Part shown: in pieces, positions 7,954 to 15,363 of the stretch | Layout of the letters: the number at the start of each line of letters is the position of its first letter | Numbering within the stretch: the stretch's first letter is position 1 | Source: Hylemonella sp. | Lineage (GTDB): Bacteria > Pseudomonadota > Gammaproteobacteria > Burkholderiales > Burkholderiaceae_C | DNA: 64,000 nucleotides | Direction: 5' to 3' | Assembly (NCBI GenBank): GCA_040382055.1 | Contig: JBEIGE010000002.1 | Span: 83,342-147,341 of the forward strand | Program-made: the position numbers and the translations under genes | The notes under the pieces: generated by a model | What the model saw: only the letters and a program-made list of their open reading frames with translations | Databases searched by the model: none | What the model was told of the DNA's origin: nothing

Positions 7954-9404
7954 CAGGCTTGGGGCGTTTTCTTGGGGCGCTTCCAGTTGCTCACACTGAT
8001 TTGTTTGGCCCTGGCAACAGTCAGCGCATTGGGCGCGGTGTCTTTGGTGATGGTTGAGCCCCCCCCCACGGTGCCTCCGGCACCAATGGTGACCGGCGCG
8101 ATCAGCACGCAGTTGCTGCCGATGTGTACATCCGCCTCAATCACGGTCTGGTGCTTGTTGGCCCCATCGTAGTTGGCCGTGATGCTGCCTGCGCCATAGT
8201 TGACGCGCTCCCCCAGGATGGCATCGCCCACATAGGCCAGATGGTTGGCTTTTGCGCCTTTGCCCAGCGTTGCGTTTTTAACCTCGACAAAGTTGCCGAT
8301 GTGCACCTCGGCACCCAGCCGCGCACCCGGCCTGAGCCTAGCAAACGGGCCTATCGAGGCTCCTGCACCCACCGCAACACCCAGTTTTTCGCCATCGATG
8401 TGCGTAAACGGGTGTATCACGGCACCGTCTGCAATGGTGGCATTGGCAATGACGCAGTTGGGACCAATACGGACGCCCTCACCCAAAGTGACGCGGCCTT
8501 CAAAGACACAGTTCACATCAATGCTGACATCCTTGGCGCAGGACAAATCGCCCCGGATGTCCAAACGCGCCGGATCGGCCAGGCGCACGCCAGCCTCCAT
8601 CAGGCGCTTGGCCTGTCGCATCTGATAGGCCCTTTCCAGCTCGGCCAGTTGGACCGGGCTGTTGATGCCCGCCACCTGCAGGGCATCGGAGATTTTGTGG
8701 ACGACAACCGGCACGCCATCGGCCACCGCAAACTTGACCACGTCGGTCAAATAGAACTCTTGTTGTGAATTCTGGTTATCCAGTCTTGCCAACCAGTCCT
8801 TCAGATAACGGGCAGGTGCCGCCATGATGCCGCTGTAAATTTCGCCAATCTTGCGTTGCTCGACACTGGCATCCTTGTGCTCCACGATCGACAGAACTGG
8901 ACCTTCGGCACCGCTGCGCACAATGCGCCCGTAGCCGGAAGGATCAGCAAAATCAATGGTCAGGAGCGCGAGTTTCTCGCCCTCGCAGGCCTGAATCAGG
9001 GCACTGAGGGTATCGGCCTGAATCAGCGGCACATCCCCCGAGAGCACCACCACGATGCCGTCGTCGGGCAAAACGGGGGCAGCCTGTTGAACAGCATGGC
9101 CGGTTCCCAGTTGGGGCTCCTGCCTCACAAAATTGATATCAAATAGGGCTTCAGCCCTTTTGGTGATTGATATAGCTGCTTCAACTTCCATAGCACCATG
9201 GCCGGTGATCACAACCACCTTGCGTGCCGCCAGGTCGCCGGCCGTATCCACCACATGCTGCAGCAAGGCACGCCCGGCAAGTGTGTGAAGCACCTTGGGC
9301 AATCTGCTTTTCATGCGGGTGCCCTTGCCAGCGGCCATGATCACCACGTCGACGGGGTGGGCCGTGCGTTTTGGCTTATGCTTGTTTTCCGGAGTGTTCA
9401 TCAT
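7953..9404 (-). CDS. glmU: Bifunctional UDP-N-acetylglucosamine diphosphorylase / glucosamine-1-phosphate N-acetyltransferase
   Basis: N-terminal nucleotidyltransferase motif VIMAAGKGTRM, with a C-terminal left-handed beta-helix of hexapeptide repeats. Confidence 0.95.
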   Translation of the reverse strand: MMNTPENKHKPKRTAHPVDVVIMAAGKGTRMKSRLPKVLHTLAGRALLQHVVDTAGDLAARKVVVITGHGAMEVEAAISITKRAEALFDINFVRQEPQLGTGHAVQQAAPVLPDDGIVVVLSGDVPLIQADTLSALIQACEGEKLALLTIDFADPSGYGRIVRSGAEGPVLSIVEHKDASVEQRKIGEIYSGIMAAPARYLKDWLARLDNQNSQQEFYLTDVVKFAVADGVPVVVHKISDALQVAGINSPVQLAELERAYQMRQAKRLMEAGVRLADPARLDIRGDLSCAKDVSIDVNCVFEGRVTLGEGVRIGPNCVIANATIADGAVIHPFTHIDGEKLGVAVGAGASIGPFARLRPGARLGAEVHIGNFVEVKNATLGKGAKANHLAYVGDAILGERVNYGAGSITANYDGANKHQTVIEADVHIGSNCVLIAPVTIGAGGTVGGGSTITKDTAPNALTVARAKQISVSNWKRPKKTPQA

Positions 9405-10308
9405 GACCTGTGCTTTTCCCTGTTCATCTGTTTATTTTCAGCGATTGTTGCGCATTATCTGCGGGCTCACGCTGGCTGTGGCCGCTTTGCTGCTGACGGG
9501 ATGCGGGGTCGTCAAAATTGGCTACAACAACGCCTCTTCCCTGGCTTACTGGTGGCTAGACAGTTATCTTGACTTTGAGGATTCACAAGATCCCACCGTG
9601 CGTGCAGGTCTGGACGCCCTGTTGGCCTGGCATCGCAAGTCTGAGTTGCCGGCCTACGCCGCCACGTTGCGAAAAGTACAGCAGTTAAGCAGCACAAACG
9701 TGAGCCCTGAGCAAGTCTGCGCCATCAACCTAGAGGTGCGAGCCCATGTGCAACGCAGCGCCGAACAGTCTGAGCGGCTGATTGGCGAACTCATTCCTGT
9801 CATGAAACCGGAACAATATGCCCATATGGAGCGCAAGTTCGAGAAGAACAACGTCAAATGGCGGCAGCAATGGATAGAAGGCTCTGCAGAAGAGCGCGCC
9901 AAGAAACGACTCAATAAAGCCGTTGAGCGGGGTGAAATGATCTACGGACGACTGGAGCCCGCGCAGCTGACCGCTCTGCGACAAAGCATTGCAGCCTCCA
10001 GCTTTGATGCGCGCCTGAGCTATAAGGAAGTGCTGCGCCGCCAGCAAGACAGCCTGCAAACCCTCAAAGACCTCACCGCTGCTGGCGCCTCCAACCCCAA
10101 TCAGCGATCCGAGATTCTGGCCATGATCGACCGCAACCTGAATTCACCCGACCCCGTTTACCGGCCGTATTTCGAGAAAATGCTGCAGGAGAGTTGCGTA
10201 ACCTTGGCCAATCTGCACAACAGCGCCAGCGCAAAACAACGCGAGCGGGCACTGAAGAAACTGCTGGAGTACGAGGCCGATGTCAAAGCGCTGGCGGGGG
10301 CTAGCTAG
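9403..10308 (+). CDS. Lipoprotein of unknown function (DUF6279-like)
   Basis: Lipobox LLLTGCG followed by VVKIGYNNASSLAYWWLDSYLDF, as seen in DUF6279-type lipoproteins. Start taken at ATG 9403; in-frame TTG at 9445 or 9448 are alternatives. Confidence 0.55.
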   Translation: MTCAFPCSSVYFQRLLRIICGLTLAVAALLLTGCGVVKIGYNNASSLAYWWLDSYLDFEDSQDPTVRAGLDALLAWHRKSELPAYAATLRKVQQLSSTNVSPEQVCAINLEVRAHVQRSAEQSERLIGELIPVMKPEQYAHMERKFEKNNVKWRQQWIEGSAEERAKKRLNKAVERGEMIYGRLEPAQLTALRQSIAASSFDARLSYKEVLRRQQDSLQTLKDLTAAGASNPNQRSEILAMIDRNLNSPDPVYRPYFEKMLQESCVTLANLHNSASAKQRERALKKLLEYEADVKALAGAS

Positions 10309-10338
10309 TTCGAATCAAGGTTTTACAGCGCGATTTTC

Positions 10339-10367
10339 TTGCCAAATTTTGCCATCCACCCTAAGAT
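10339..10367 (+). promoter_or_regulatory. Candidate sigma70 promoter of parDE (TTGCCA-17 nt-TAAGAT)
   Basis: -35 TTGCCA (10339-10344), a 17-nt spacer, and -10 TAAGAT (10362-10367). The -10 ends 6 nt before the parD ATG. TTGCCA recurs inside the spacer (TTGCCAAATTTTGCCA). Confidence 0.45.
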
Positions 10368-10373
10368 CGACCG

Positions 10374-10613
10374 ATGAGCACCATGAACATCTCCCTGCCA
10401 GAGACTCTTAAAGCCTTTGTTGATCAACAGATTGACGCGCGCGGTTTTGGGACCAGCAGTGAATATGTGCGTGAACTCATACGCAAAGACCAGGATCGGC
10501 AAAACCTGCGCGCGCTCTTGCTTGCGGGTGCAAATAGCGCTGCCTTGGGCCAGGTTGATGCGTCCTATTTCTCTGAATTGAAACACAACATCAAAAAGAA
10601 CGCCCCTGCGTGA
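10374..10613 (+). CDS. parD: Type II antitoxin, ParD family (ribbon-helix-helix)
   Basis: 79 aa. MNISLPETLKAFVDQQIDARGFGTSSEYVRELIRKDQDRQ is the ParD/RHH signature. 4-nt overlap with the downstream toxin gene. Confidence 0.75.
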   Translation: MSTMNISLPETLKAFVDQQIDARGFGTSSEYVRELIRKDQDRQNLRALLLAGANSAALGQVDASYFSELKHNIKKNAPA

Positions 10614-10945
10614 GCTCAAAACCCATAGTTCAACGCACATTGGCGCATAGGGACGTTGAAGAAGCCATTTCGCACTACCAAAGTATTGACCATTCAAATG
10701 GTAGCGGCTCCGAAGTGGCTCTTGGTTTTGTGGATGAATTGGAGATGGGTTACCAGCACATCAGCGTCAACCCGGCCACAGGATCACCAAGATACGCGCA
10801 TGAGCTCAACCTGCCTGGCCCTCGCAGCTGGCCTTTAAGCAAATATCCCTATTTGATTTTTTATATTGAGCTTGAGCAGCATATTGAAGTTTGGCGAGTA
10901 CTTCATATGGCCAAAGATATTGCTGATTGGATGACACGAGAATAA
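10610..10945 (+). CDS. parE: Type II toxin, RelE/ParE family
   Basis: 111 aa with a GTG start overlapping the parD stop (GTGA). The ParE-like pattern is A..D..EA..HY ... YLIFYIELEQHIEVWRVLHMAKD. Confidence 0.8.
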   Translation: MSSKPIVQRTLAHRDVEEAISHYQSIDHSNGSGSEVALGFVDELEMGYQHISVNPATGSPRYAHELNLPGPRSWPLSKYPYLIFYIELEQHIEVWRVLHMAKDIADWMTRE

Positions 10946-11030
10946 GAAGTTGCATTTCTTGTTCAATAGCCAACGCGTCGGACTCAAACCCTGTGCAAAC
11001 ATGTGGGCTTCCTGCGGCTTTGGAGTGTAG

Positions 11031-12227
11031 CTATCCGGGGTGGGACAGATAGACATACAGGCCCATCACCGGCTCTTGCTGGTCATGGCGAATCGGGGCC
11101 AGCGCCATCTGCTTGATTTCAAAACCATGTATTTGCGCCAGCCTACGGATGTACTCCTGGGAATGGGCATAGCGCAAGCTCGGTAGCAATTGGACGTCCT
11201 GGATCTCGCTGGGTTCAAGGGAAAAGGCAAAACAACCCCCTGGCACCAACAAGCGCCGGACCTCCTTGAAGACGGCCTCAAGTGCACCCACATAAATGAA
11301 CACGTCGGCAGCCACCACCAGATCGTAGCGCTGGGTTGAGTTACATAGATAAGTTGTCAGGTCTGCATGGGCAAGATCACGATACACCCCGGTTGCGCGG
11401 GCCTGAGCAAGCATGGCGGAGGAGACATCCACACCGTCAATGGCCTGGGAGAAGGGTTGGATCAGGGTGCCGCAAAGTCCGGTACCGCAGCCCATATCCA
11501 GAACTGCATTGAAGCGGTGTCCTTCATTGAGCAGGGGACGCAACAGGGTTTCATGGGCCTGGTAGCCGAGTTGCTGTACCAAATGCGTCTGGAAATCGGC
11601 GGCATAGTCGTCGAACAATGTCTCCACATACAGTCTCGGCGGTGCGGGCGGATTGGCTTGGCCACGTACCGCAGCAAGGTAGTAGCTGTTGAGTACCGGG
11701 TCAGCACCATGCGCCAGGGCTTGCTCAAAACTCCGCGTGGCCTCCTGAAAATGACCAATCTCACGCATCAGACTGCCCCGCGCACTCCAGGCATCGGCAA
11801 AGTCAGGACTCAGAGCCAACGACGTGTCAAAAGCCTCAAGAGCAGCCTTGATCGCCCCAACACGCATTTGGCATTGCCCCAGGATCAGCCACATCATTGC
11901 CGTACCAGGACGTAATGCCAGACCGCGGGTGAGGCAATCAGCGGCAGCTTGCCAACGGGCCAGATGCTCATGGCACAACCCAAGGGAGATCCAGGCATCG
12001 GCGTTGCTTGCGTCAGCTGCAGTGGCTTGCTCTAAAACATCAACACCAGGCTGCCACTCGCCCAGGGTAAAAAGACAAATACCCAAGTTGGCCAGCACCG
12101 ACGGGCGACCGGGTGCAAGCGCCAGAGAAGCTTCAAAACATGCACGGGCTTGCAGGTGCAGTCCAGCCTCAAAATGCGCAACGCCCTGCAAAAATGACGC
12201 TCGTGCTTGTTCAAGTGGCGCTTGCAT
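11031..12227 (-). CDS. TPR-repeat / class I SAM-dependent methyltransferase fusion protein
   Basis: The N-terminal ~190 aa are TPR repeats. The C-terminal half carries methyltransferase motif I, VLDMGCGTGLCG. Start moved to ATG 12227 (MQAPLEQ). Confidence 0.7.
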   Translation of the reverse strand: MQAPLEQARASFLQGVAHFEAGLHLQARACFEASLALAPGRPSVLANLGICLFTLGEWQPGVDVLEQATAADASNADAWISLGLCHEHLARWQAAADCLTRGLALRPGTAMMWLILGQCQMRVGAIKAALEAFDTSLALSPDFADAWSARGSLMREIGHFQEATRSFEQALAHGADPVLNSYYLAAVRGQANPPAPPRLYVETLFDDYAADFQTHLVQQLGYQAHETLLRPLLNEGHRFNAVLDMGCGTGLCGTLIQPFSQAIDGVDVSSAMLAQARATGVYRDLAHADLTTYLCNSTQRYDLVVAADVFIYVGALEAVFKEVRRLLVPGGCFAFSLEPSEIQDVQLLPSLRYAHSQEYIRRLAQIHGFEIKQMALAPIRHDQQEPVMGLYVYLSHPG

Positions 12228-12250
12228 GGGCGTCGAGCTAAAAACTGTCA

Positions 12251-13252
12251 CTAGCCCTGCAACGCCGCCCACATGGCCTGATCGCGCTCTGCGGTCCAGA
12301 TACGCGGGTTCTTGATGCCACTGGCTTCATCAAAGGCGCGGCTCACGTCAAAAGGCAGGCAGTGCTCGTAAATAAATACATGGCCAAAGATGGGATCCAT
12401 CGCGCTGCGGGTGTGCGCCATGGCGGCCTTCAAGTCCATGCCCTTGGCAGCCGCCTCTTTGCCACATTGGTACAGCAATTGCACCCAGCGCTGGGTATAG
12501 TCCAGCGCCTTGTTGACATTGGCGTTGCCCTTCATGGCCTCGCCGCGCCCAGGCACGAGGGCCTCGGCCTTGAGCGCGCGCAAGGCCTCCAGCGTGGCGG
12601 GCCACTCCTCTAACTGCGCATCTCCCGTATATACCCCGGCCTCATACTCAACCAGGTCACCGGAATAGAGAACCTTTTCCTGCTCAACCCAGGCGATGGT
12701 GTCGCCCCGGGTATGACCGGGACCGGGGCTCCAGATCTGAACCACAACGCCGCCCAGATTGATGGACAACTGACCAGGCACTTCACCTTTGACCGGGTTG
12801 CCCCCACCCACCACCAGGGTCGGCCAGGTCAGGCCGGTGACGCTCTCTGCATTGCGAAACAGGCGAGGAAAGCGCTCCATCTCGCTTTTCATGTCTTGCG
12901 CACCACGTTCCTGGATCAGTTCCAGCGTGCCCTGACTGGCAATAATCTCGGTAGCCCCCTCAGCAGCAAAAGCATAAGCCCCCAGCACCCGAACGGCGTG
13001 GTAGTGCGTGAGCAGCACATACTTGATGGGCAACTGGCTCACTGTGCGGATCTTGGCGATCAGGTCGCGCGCCATGGCCGGGGTGGCGGTGGCATCACTG
13101 ACCATGATGAAACGCTCGCCGATGATCACGCCCGAGTTGGGGTCACCCTCAGTGGTGTAGGCCCAGCAATGCGGGCTGAGTTGCTCAAAGGTGATTTTTT
13201 TGTCGGTCAGGTCGGCTTGGGACGCAAAGGCTTTGGTGGAAGCGGCGGGCAT
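12251..13252 (-). CDS. MBL-fold protein with non-canonical metal motif
   Basis: Beta-lactamase-fold pattern, but the motif reads LLTHYHAVRVLG instead of HxHxDH. Start moved to ATG 13252, preceded by AAGGAG. Confidence 0.65.
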   Translation of the reverse strand: MPAASTKAFASQADLTDKKITFEQLSPHCWAYTTEGDPNSGVIIGERFIMVSDATATPAMARDLIAKIRTVSQLPIKYVLLTHYHAVRVLGAYAFAAEGATEIIASQGTLELIQERGAQDMKSEMERFPRLFRNAESVTGLTWPTLVVGGGNPVKGEVPGQLSINLGGVVVQIWSPGPGHTRGDTIAWVEQEKVLYSGDLVEYEAGVYTGDAQLEEWPATLEALRALKAEALVPGRGEAMKGNANVNKALDYTQRWVQLLYQCGKEAAAKGMDLKAAMAHTRSAMDPIFGHVFIYEHCLPFDVSRAFDEASGIKNPRIWTAERDQAMWAALQG

Positions 13253-13337
13253 GAGCACTCTCCTTGAAAACTCAAATTCTAATGAGCCTCTGAACCAAGA
13301 CCCCGAATCCTTAGCCCTGCTAGCGCTGCGCCCTGGT

Positions 13338-13667
13338 TCAGACACTCCAGGCTTTGCGGTCCCGACCCAGCCAGCGACGAACGGTTGAGTTCGCTGTCAG
13401 ATCCCCCAGCACCGGGTGCCAGGTGTAAACGCTGGCCTGTGGGCTCTTGGTGTCCAGGGTTTCGATGACCCAATGCTGACCGGGCTCAAGACTGAGGGTG
13501 TCTCCTGCACTGAGAATCAGATCGCCATCGCCGTTATGGGGCCCCACCTGCGTTGCCCAAACCCGTCCGCACAGGATACGCAATACCCCGGCCGCTTTGG
13601 GCTTGAGGCTGGTGGCTTGGCCTGGGTAGAGCTTGGCGCCGTCAGAAGGGTTAATGACATCAGACAT
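13338..13667 (-). CDS. DUF2917-like small protein
   Basis: About 109 aa. LRILCGRVWATQ...GDLILSAGDTLSLEPGQHWVIE resembles DUF2917 proteins, which commonly sit next to LysR regulators. Start at ATG 13667, preceded by AGGAG. Confidence 0.5.
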   Translation of the reverse strand: MSDVINPSDGAKLYPGQATSLKPKAAGVLRILCGRVWATQVGPHNGDGDLILSAGDTLSLEPGQHWVIETLDTKSPQASVYTWHPVLGDLTANSTVRRWLGRDRKAWSV

Positions 13668-13780
13668 GGGGGCACTCCTGAATAACAAGATGAGCTTGAA
13701 TCATCATGGGTTGATGGGCCTGCGTCCAATGAAAATGGATTAAGCTATTGATTCCGAAAACGCATTAATAGAGCTTCCAA

Positions 13781-14725
13781 ATGGTCACGAACATTCACCC
13801 ACAACGAAGCCGCCGGCTTGGTGTGGGTTACCTGCGCGCCTTTGAAGCGGTGGCCAGACTGCTGAACTTCCGGGCAGCATCTGAAGAGCTCGCGCTCACC
13901 CAGTCTGCCGTGAGCCGGCAAATTCAGGCGCTGGAGGACGAAGTCGGCGTGAGCCTTTTTTTGCGTCACACGCGTTCGGTAGAACTCACGCTGGCAGGCC
14001 AGCAGTTGCTCAATGCGGTGTCGCAAAGCCTGCCTCGTTTGGACACTGCTGTACGCCAGATTCGCCACCATGCGGGCCGGCGCAGCATCTCGGTGACAAC
14101 CTTTGCCTCGCTGGCGTCGATGTGGCTGATACCCCGGCTGGAGGCCTTTCAAAGGCAACACCCGGACATTGACATCCGGGTGGATGCAAGTGACAACTTC
14201 GTTGACCTTGAAGACTCTGATCTGGACCTGGCATTGCGCTTTGCCCCCAATTCCCCGGCACCTGCTGGCGCCGAGCGGCTTTTTGGTGAACAACTCGCGC
14301 CCATGGCCAGCCCCTGGCTCATCAAAGGGCAAGCGGCAATACGCCATGCCAGCGACCTGGCTCAATTTACTTGGATTGAAGAAGGTCAAGCCCTTGGCAG
14401 TTCGCCGGGTTGGCAACAGTGGACAGTCGCACAAGGTCAGTTAGCCCTGACCCCAACACGCTGGCTTTACTTCAACTACACCTACCAGATGACTCAGGCC
14501 GCGCTCAGTGGCCAAGGGGTGGTGCTGGCGCGCTTGCCCCTGGTAGCTGAAAACCTCGAGCGTGGCGAATTGGTAGAGGTATTGCCCGGCGCGCGCCTAT
14601 TGGCCCCTCACGCTTACTGGCTGTTGTTGGCTCCACGCAGCAAGGCCCGCCCGGAGGTGCAAGCCTTGCGAAACTGGTTGATGGCTCAAGCCGAGCTCAC
14701 GCGCAGAAGCGTTGGCGAAACCTAG
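13781..14725 (+). CDS. LysR-family transcriptional regulator (GcvA-like)
   Basis: wHTH LRAFEAVARLLNFRAASEELALTQSAVSRQIQALE plus a LysR substrate-binding domain. Divergent from the DUF2917/MBL genes. Confidence 0.85.
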   Translation: MVTNIHPQRSRRLGVGYLRAFEAVARLLNFRAASEELALTQSAVSRQIQALEDEVGVSLFLRHTRSVELTLAGQQLLNAVSQSLPRLDTAVRQIRHHAGRRSISVTTFASLASMWLIPRLEAFQRQHPDIDIRVDASDNFVDLEDSDLDLALRFAPNSPAPAGAERLFGEQLAPMASPWLIKGQAAIRHASDLAQFTWIEEGQALGSSPGWQQWTVAQGQLALTPTRWLYFNYTYQMTQAALSGQGVVLARLPLVAENLERGELVEVLPGARLLAPHAYWLLLAPRSKARPEVQALRNWLMAQAELTRRSVGET

Positions 14726-14744
14726 CTCAAGCCGTAAAGCCCGC

Positions 14745-15341
14745 CTAAACCGGCCATACGGCGCCGTTGTCGTTCAAGATGGCATCAAGTGGAACATCGT
14801 GGTCTTCAGGATCCAAATCATCCAGATAGCCGTGGGTAAAGCCCAGTCCGACGGTAAAGGGTTTGGGCTGCAGCGTTGCCAGGGTGCGATCGTAAAAGCC
14901 GCCACCATAACCCAGCCGGTACCCGCCCGGGCCGTAGCCCAAGCAAGGCACAAATAGCAGGGTGGGGACAATAATCTCGGTGTCTTTGGGCTTGGGAATT
15001 CCGTAAGCGTCTTCTTCCATCTGACAGCCGGGGTACCAGACATGAAAAGTAAGCGTTTTGTGCACTTTGTCTACCACCGGCAGGCCTATGCGACGTGGCT
15101 CAGGCTGATCAATCAGCTCACCGTCTTCCTTCCAGCGGTGCAGGGCTGGCAAGGGGTCAAATTCACCTTTAATGGGCCAGTAGGCACCGATCACAACATC
15201 CTGACGGCCTACCAGCCAGATGCGAACAACCTGCTGTAACAAGTCTGAACTTTGTCGGCGATCCGGCAGGTTCAGGCGTTGGGCAATCAGTTTTTCACGC
15301 AAAGCTTTCTTTTCTAAAGCCTTGCTGTCGTTATTCGTCAT
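14745..15341 (-). CDS. 5-formyltetrahydrofolate cyclo-ligase
   Basis: LREKLIAQR ... VVIGAYWPIKGEFD ... VPCLGYGPGGYRLGYGGGFYDRTLA is the family signature. Start moved to ATG 15341. Confidence 0.8.
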   Translation of the reverse strand: MTNNDSKALEKKALREKLIAQRLNLPDRRQSSDLLQQVVRIWLVGRQDVVIGAYWPIKGEFDPLPALHRWKEDGELIDQPEPRRIGLPVVDKVHKTLTFHVWYPGCQMEEDAYGIPKPKDTEIIVPTLLFVPCLGYGPGGYRLGYGGGFYDRTLATLQPKPFTVGLGFTHGYLDDLDPEDHDVPLDAILNDNGAVWPV

Positions 15342-15363
15342 CAGATGTGTCCATAATTCCCAC

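Noticed and set aside
10296-10315. tRNA-like T-loop string (TAGTTCGAATCAAGG) just before the parDE cassette, a possible tRNA-fragment attachment site.
   Set aside because: The flanking bases do not form a T-stem or acceptor stem. The string overlaps the end of the lipoprotein ORF. No tRNA gene is present anywhere in the window.
15220-15363. N-terminal extensions of track ORFs (also 54672-54872, 23803-23901, 36691-36732, 37977-38027, 45685-46452 upstream part, 12228-12272, 13253-13345).
   Set aside because: The extensions overlap neighbouring genes and precede well-conserved family N-termini or signal peptides. I verified internal ATG codons in the sequence and used those.
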